64,000 bases of DNA from Parcubacteria bacterium C7867-001. Its GTDB lineage: Bacteria > Patescibacteriota > Minisyncoccia > Phycocordibacterales > Phycocordibacteraceae. Position numbers and translations under genes: made by a program. The DNA lies in the NCBI GenBank assembly GCA_001189095.1, contig LFCK01000001.1, positions 253,159 to 317,158 on the forward strand. Reading direction: 5' to 3'. Positions 59,784 through 64,000 of this stretch are shown here, piece by piece. The stretch's first letter is position 1; each line of letters begins with the position of its first letter. Below the pieces are notes generated by a model. It was not told the DNA's origin. It saw only the letters and a list, made by a program, of their open reading frames with translations, and did no database searches.

Positions 59784-60641
59784 ATGAACAAAGCATGGGA
59801 GGAGTATCGTCAGACTCTCACGCAAGAACTCGGAGACGAGCTCGCGCATGAGTTTGCTGACAGTCTCTATCGACAATCCCGAGGCAATCCTGCTCGGGCG
59901 ACCCGCTTCTTCTACGAACTTGGTATGCAATGGGCTCCGCTCATGCAGCACTGGGGATCGTGGATAGAGCAAAATGCCAACGGAACCGTTGCGCTCATTA
60001 TGCGCGACGCCAAGCCGCTCGGTGTTCTGCCGAGGGCAAAACACTGGAAGCATCTCTACTTGAATCGGCTGGTCTGCGGAATCTCGGACGAATTGTCCGG
60101 CGATTCAACGGCACAGAAACATCCGCTGCTCGAGCGATACCTCAAGCAACAGGGGTGCGCTGAAGAATTCACCTTCGTCGATTCGGGCTGCTACGGCACA
60201 ATTGTGCTTGAGCTGCATCGCATCGGCGTGAAATTCAAACCGCTCTTCTTTTTCTCGAAGAATCCCTCAATTCCGGGATTCCTGAACGAATTAGGAGTAT
60301 CGCTCAAAGACGGCGAATTGTTGAACGATTCGCTTGAGTGCGGCTTCCCGCACCTGCATGCTCGTCCCCTAACGCTCGCAAAGCGATTCGGGAAAGTTCA
60401 GGCCGTTTTGCAGAACTCCGACGCACTGTCCGTTCGCTTCGGCAAAGCGGCAATGCGCGGCGTACAAGAAGCTCGTGACGCCCGAACGGTATCTCCCGAA
60501 CAAGCTGCAGAATCTCTGCTTCGCTTATCCGAGCGCGCCCGATGCGGTGCGTTTACGGGAATTCTCGGTCACACGTCGCCTGAATGGACAAAAAAATCCG
60601 AATTCCTCGAAAGCTGGCCCAAGGAATTGAGCTGGACATGA
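59784..60641 (+). CDS. hypothetical protein, possible phosphoribosyltransferase-like fold
   Basis: LIMRDA, YLNR, FVDSGCYGTI patterns; SD AAGGAG. Confidence 0.6.
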   Translation: MNKAWEEYRQTLTQELGDELAHEFADSLYRQSRGNPARATRFFYELGMQWAPLMQHWGSWIEQNANGTVALIMRDAKPLGVLPRAKHWKHLYLNRLVCGISDELSGDSTAQKHPLLERYLKQQGCAEEFTFVDSGCYGTIVLELHRIGVKFKPLFFFSKNPSIPGFLNELGVSLKDGELLNDSLECGFPHLHARPLTLAKRFGKVQAVLQNSDALSVRFGKAAMRGVQEARDARTVSPEQAAESLLRLSERARCGAFTGILGHTSPEWTKKSEFLESWPKELSWT

Positions 60642-60692
60642 CAAGGAACCCCTGTGGGGCTATCATCTGGTGATAGCCCCACTTTCGTATCT

Positions 60693-61478
60693 ATGGGAAC
60701 CACACGAATGAAAGAAGTCTTTGGACGCGACAAGAACATCCTCATCGGGATGATTCACTTGCCGCCGCTTCTATCTATCGAGGGATTCCCCGGCATCGAA
60801 CCGATGATCGAGGGGGCCTTGAAAGATCTTGCGGCACTTGAGGCGGCCGGATTCGACGGTGCGCTTGTTGAGAACGACAACGATCGTCCTCATACGGAAT
60901 TTGCCAACGATGCGCAGATAGCAACACTGACACGCGTTGCAGCAGAAGTAACGAAACAAGCATCGATACCGGTTGGTGTACAGATGATGCTGAACGACTG
61001 GAAAGCGTCATTCGCGATCGCGCGAGCGGTTGACGCCGCGTTTACACGCCTCGACGTCTTTGTCGACGACGTTACTTCGGAATGGGGAGAGATCCACCCT
61101 GACCCCGATCAGATCATGATGTATAAAAAGGAAATCTATCCTGAGCTCTTTCTATGCACGGATATTCAGGTGAAGTACAAGACGATGATCACTCCTCGTC
61201 CGCTTGAGGAATCGGCTCGACTTGCCCTTGAAAAAGGCTCCGACGCGCTCGTTATCACCGGAACTGCAACCGGTGTTGAAACACCGACCGAGAAATTGAT
61301 CGCAATTCGCACCGCATTTCCCGAGGTTCCGATCATAATCGGAGCTGGCCTGACTGCAGAAAACGCAGCTGAACAGCTTACGTACGCAAACGGCGCGCTA
61401 GTCGGGACCTCCATAAAAACCGGAGACCGCGTCGACGTTGAAAAGGCGCGCGCCGTACGCGCTGCAGCTTCTAAGTAA
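60693..61478 (+). CDS. BtpA/SgcQ family TIM-barrel protein
   Basis: IGMIHLPPL, VENDND, DIQVKY, ITGTATG, IIGAG, VGTSIK. Confidence 0.9.
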   Translation: MGTTRMKEVFGRDKNILIGMIHLPPLLSIEGFPGIEPMIEGALKDLAALEAAGFDGALVENDNDRPHTEFANDAQIATLTRVAAEVTKQASIPVGVQMMLNDWKASFAIARAVDAAFTRLDVFVDDVTSEWGEIHPDPDQIMMYKKEIYPELFLCTDIQVKYKTMITPRPLEESARLALEKGSDALVITGTATGVETPTEKLIAIRTAFPEVPIIIGAGLTAENAAEQLTYANGALVGTSIKTGDRVDVEKARAVRAAASK

Positions 61479-61490
61479 GAAAGACTAAAA

Positions 61491-61517
61491 AAACCCGGCC
61501 GCTCTGCGGCCGGGTTT
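61491..61517. terminator. bidirectional terminator
   Basis: AAACCCGGCCGC-TCT-GCGGCCGGGTTT. Confidence 0.75.
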
Positions 61518-61520
61518 CCG

Positions 61521-62621
61521 TTATGGACGGGGAACAACGCTGGTTTCAAACGGAGCGATGATCTGCGCGGCACGATCGCCGAGCGGAACAGCTGCGTTTG
61601 CAAACAAGAGTCGCTGACCCGGTTCGAGCGCGTACAGGGTTTCGCCGTCGCGCGCCACAATGCTGCAGCGCAGTGGGACGAAATCAAGCGGTGCGTTTGT
61701 TACTGGCGCACCGTTCTCATCGAGAAACGAGAACTCATCCGAGTTCCTCACGATAGGTTTTATGCACTGCCACACGTCGAACCCTTCGGGCTCGGCGAGC
61801 AGTGTATTTCCACCGACCGCACGCGCTAGATTTTCATAGAGCTGCGGCGTAAACGTCACGTGATCAAGGTGACCGATAGTCCCTTGTTCGAACGTCGCCG
61901 CATGTGCGTGATACTCTGCGGCCATGTAGCCGGCCCACGTTGTATGCGTCACACGCATGTCGTTCAAGACTGCGCCCGCGACGATATCGCTGTAGTGCTC
62001 AAAGATCCACTTCAGCGTCTCATCGACGTTGGTGTGCGGATAGAGCATTGCGTAGGTATATTCGGTCCTGTCCCCAGTGGGGCGAACCGTACTAAGTACC
62101 GGCACCGCGAAGCTCTGATGGATATCAATCGCTTCGACACGACATCCAGACGCGATGTGCGCTGCATGCATGAGGTTGTTTGCGCGCCGCTCGGCGTAAC
62201 ACCGAGCTTCGTTAAACAAACCGCGATTAAAGCATCGATTGAGATTGGCAGTAACGCCCACCTCAGGCTCGATGCATCGTACGCCGCGACCGTCATTAGC
62301 GGCCATTGCGGCAAGATTGCCGTACATCAAAAGCAAATTTCTTCGGACCGGAATGCTCCCGTTCAGAATGTTGTGGACGAGACGATCGAGAATCACGATT
62401 CCCGCTTTCTCGTCTCCATGAATGCCACCGGTAATGACGAACAAGTCGTCGTCACCGTGTCGGCTTTCAACTTCAATGATGCCGGGCCCTCGAAGGGTCA
62501 TCCGAAGGATATCTGGATTTCGATGCTCGAGCGTGCTCGGGTAGCGCTCCTTGGTTCCTTCTGGGTCACGCATTGCGCGCGCTGAGAGGTTTTGGGGATC
62601 GTCAATATGCCACCTAGTCAT
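61521..62621 (-). CDS. succinylglutamate desuccinylase/aspartoacylase (M14-like) family protein
   Basis: GGIHGDE, NLNRCF, IDIH, FEQG; SD AGGAG. Confidence 0.85.
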   Translation of the reverse strand: MTRWHIDDPQNLSARAMRDPEGTKERYPSTLEHRNPDILRMTLRGPGIIEVESRHGDDDLFVITGGIHGDEKAGIVILDRLVHNILNGSIPVRRNLLLMYGNLAAMAANDGRGVRCIEPEVGVTANLNRCFNRGLFNEARCYAERRANNLMHAAHIASGCRVEAIDIHQSFAVPVLSTVRPTGDRTEYTYAMLYPHTNVDETLKWIFEHYSDIVAGAVLNDMRVTHTTWAGYMAAEYHAHAATFEQGTIGHLDHVTFTPQLYENLARAVGGNTLLAEPEGFDVWQCIKPIVRNSDEFSFLDENGAPVTNAPLDFVPLRCSIVARDGETLYALEPGQRLLFANAAVPLGDRAAQIIAPFETSVVPRP

Positions 62622-62814
62622 AGGGGTACTCCTGCGAAACTTGACAAAGTCCAATTGGATTTTATAGCCCGCTCTAACGGGCTTCCACCTGACCCCACTC
62701 TACTCCGTAAAAAAGACCTGACAACTCGATTATTTGACAGGCAACAGCCTTCCTATACCGTGAAGAAAGAAGGGTGTTATGTGCATCCTCGTTCGTCAAG
62801 AAAGGACGTTCTAG

Positions 62815-63684
62815 ATGTTGCTAGAGACAACGAAGTTCACCTCCATGAAGTCCGGTCCGCATCTCGTCGTATTCGGCGCGATTCACGGAGACGAAGTGTG
62901 TGGTCCTCGTGCGATACGAGGAATCATCGCTGACTTAGAAGCCGGCAACCTTACACTCGCGTCGGGCTCGGTAACGTTCGTCCCCATTTGTAACCCTGAA
63001 GCACACGCTGCAGGGAAGCGATCGATCGACGAAAACCTGAACCGCGTGTTCTGTGTGACCGATAGCCCGCAAAGCTACGAGGCGAGGCTCGCGAACGAAT
63101 TGTGTCCCCTGATGACGGGAGCCGACGTGTTCCTCGATATTCATTCGCAGAATGCGCCGGGACCCGTGAGCCTCTTCACTGATTATCCTGAAGATCCTCG
63201 CAACCGAGCGCTCGCGGCGGCGCTCCCGTCGAAATACGTACTCCTCGGTTGGCCCGCTATTTACGAAGAGACCGAACATGATTTCGGTTCATATAGCACA
63301 AACCGCTGCGCCCATGAGAATGGCGCAGCTGAGGTGCTGATCGAGTGCGGGCAGAACGAGGACCCTGAAGCGGCGGTAGTCGCTCGCGAAGTTATTCTGC
63401 GAACGCTGGCGCACCTGAACATGATCGACCCGTTGCCCGCACTTTCTAGTGACGCAGAAACGGTCAACATCCGGATGAAGCGCGTGTACGCACACGAACA
63501 TCCTGACGATCGGTTCGAAAAGGAATGGGAGCATCTTGAGCTCGTTTCCAAGGGAACCTGCATCGCAGTCCGCGCAACAGGGGAACGAATTGTGGTCGAT
63601 TGCGACAGCATCGTGATCTTCCCGAAGGTTACCGCTACTCCCGGAGAAGAGTGGTTCTATCTGGGAGAAGTCGAACCGAACTAG
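62815..63684 (+). CDS. succinylglutamate desuccinylase/aspartoacylase (M14-like) family protein
   Basis: GAIHGDE, NLNRVF, LDIHS, IECGQ. Confidence 0.9.
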   Translation: MLLETTKFTSMKSGPHLVVFGAIHGDEVCGPRAIRGIIADLEAGNLTLASGSVTFVPICNPEAHAAGKRSIDENLNRVFCVTDSPQSYEARLANELCPLMTGADVFLDIHSQNAPGPVSLFTDYPEDPRNRALAAALPSKYVLLGWPAIYEETEHDFGSYSTNRCAHENGAAEVLIECGQNEDPEAAVVAREVILRTLAHLNMIDPLPALSSDAETVNIRMKRVYAHEHPDDRFEKEWEHLELVSKGTCIAVRATGERIVVDCDSIVIFPKVTATPGEEWFYLGEVEPN

Positions 63685-63689
63685 TACGT

Positions 63690-63720
63690 AAGTCCGGCCG
63701 CTCTGCGGCCGGACTTTTTT
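63690..63720 (+). terminator. intrinsic terminator
   Basis: AAGTCCGGCCGC-TCT-GCGGCCGGACTT plus Ts. Confidence 0.85.
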
Positions 63721-63739
63721 CTTTTCCCTCAACATCTCC

Positions 63740-63908
63740 TTGACGCCCCTACAAACGTTCGGTAGTGTGTTTTTATGGTTCAAGGAATGTCGTATTACTT
63801 TACGTGGCACGTCTCTTCGCGAGAAGCGGGCGGTCTTTTGCGTATTTAAGTAAAAGTCCCTTAAGAAACAGCCCCGCTTCTCGAAAGAGAGCGGGGCTGT
63901 TTCTTTTT
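63740..63908 (+). promoter_or_regulatory. candidate attenuator with aromatic-rich leader MVQGMSYYFTWHVSSREAGGLLRI (63775..63849)
   Basis: TTGACG-17-TAGTGT promoter, ATG 6 nt later; CGAGAAGCGGG (63820-63830) is complementary to the terminator 5' arm (63873-63883); terminator 63863-63908. Confidence 0.7.
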
Positions 63909-64000
63909 GTTCATGAACACCGTGCTGGCGGAGTCTAGAAGCCGCCAGCACGGTGCACAGGCACCATGTAGTTCTTTATAGAGAAGAGAAAGGAACAGCA

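Overview
Bacterial chromosomal segment in the standard genetic code. Gene content points to Patescibacteria/CPR, Parcubacteria-like (short AlaRS, an FtsA-like/baseplate-J-like pair, a sigma70-r4/HARE-HTH protein, core genes without Shine-Dalgarno sites); this assignment is an inference. Housekeeping blocks: F1Fo ATP synthase (atpBEFHAGDC), ychF, leuS, mltG, mnmA, ung, an M13 peptidase, alaS, infA-rpmJ-rpsM-rpsK-rpsD-rpoA-rplQ-rplM-rpsI, grpE/dnaK/dnaJ, a speA-like decarboxylase and argS. Many single-gene orphan cassettes with their own promoter, SD and terminator lie between them. I saw no rRNA, tRNA, CRISPR array, integrase or transposase. Most notable: (1) three apparently leaderless short peptides (Val-rich, Arg-rich, aromatic-rich), each overlapping an antiterminator/terminator switch, i.e. 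candidate ribosome-mediated attenuators; two precede uncharacterised genes and the third controls something beyond the window; (2) a LeuRS with an intact Nudix domain inserted in the CP1 region; (3) an Flp-pilin-like protein encoded without a prepilin leader; (4) a translationally coupled SET-domain / small membrane protein / histidine kinase operon; (5) two adjacent loop-less perfect palindromes of 36 and 38 bp. All family calls are from motif recognition by eye, with no database search.
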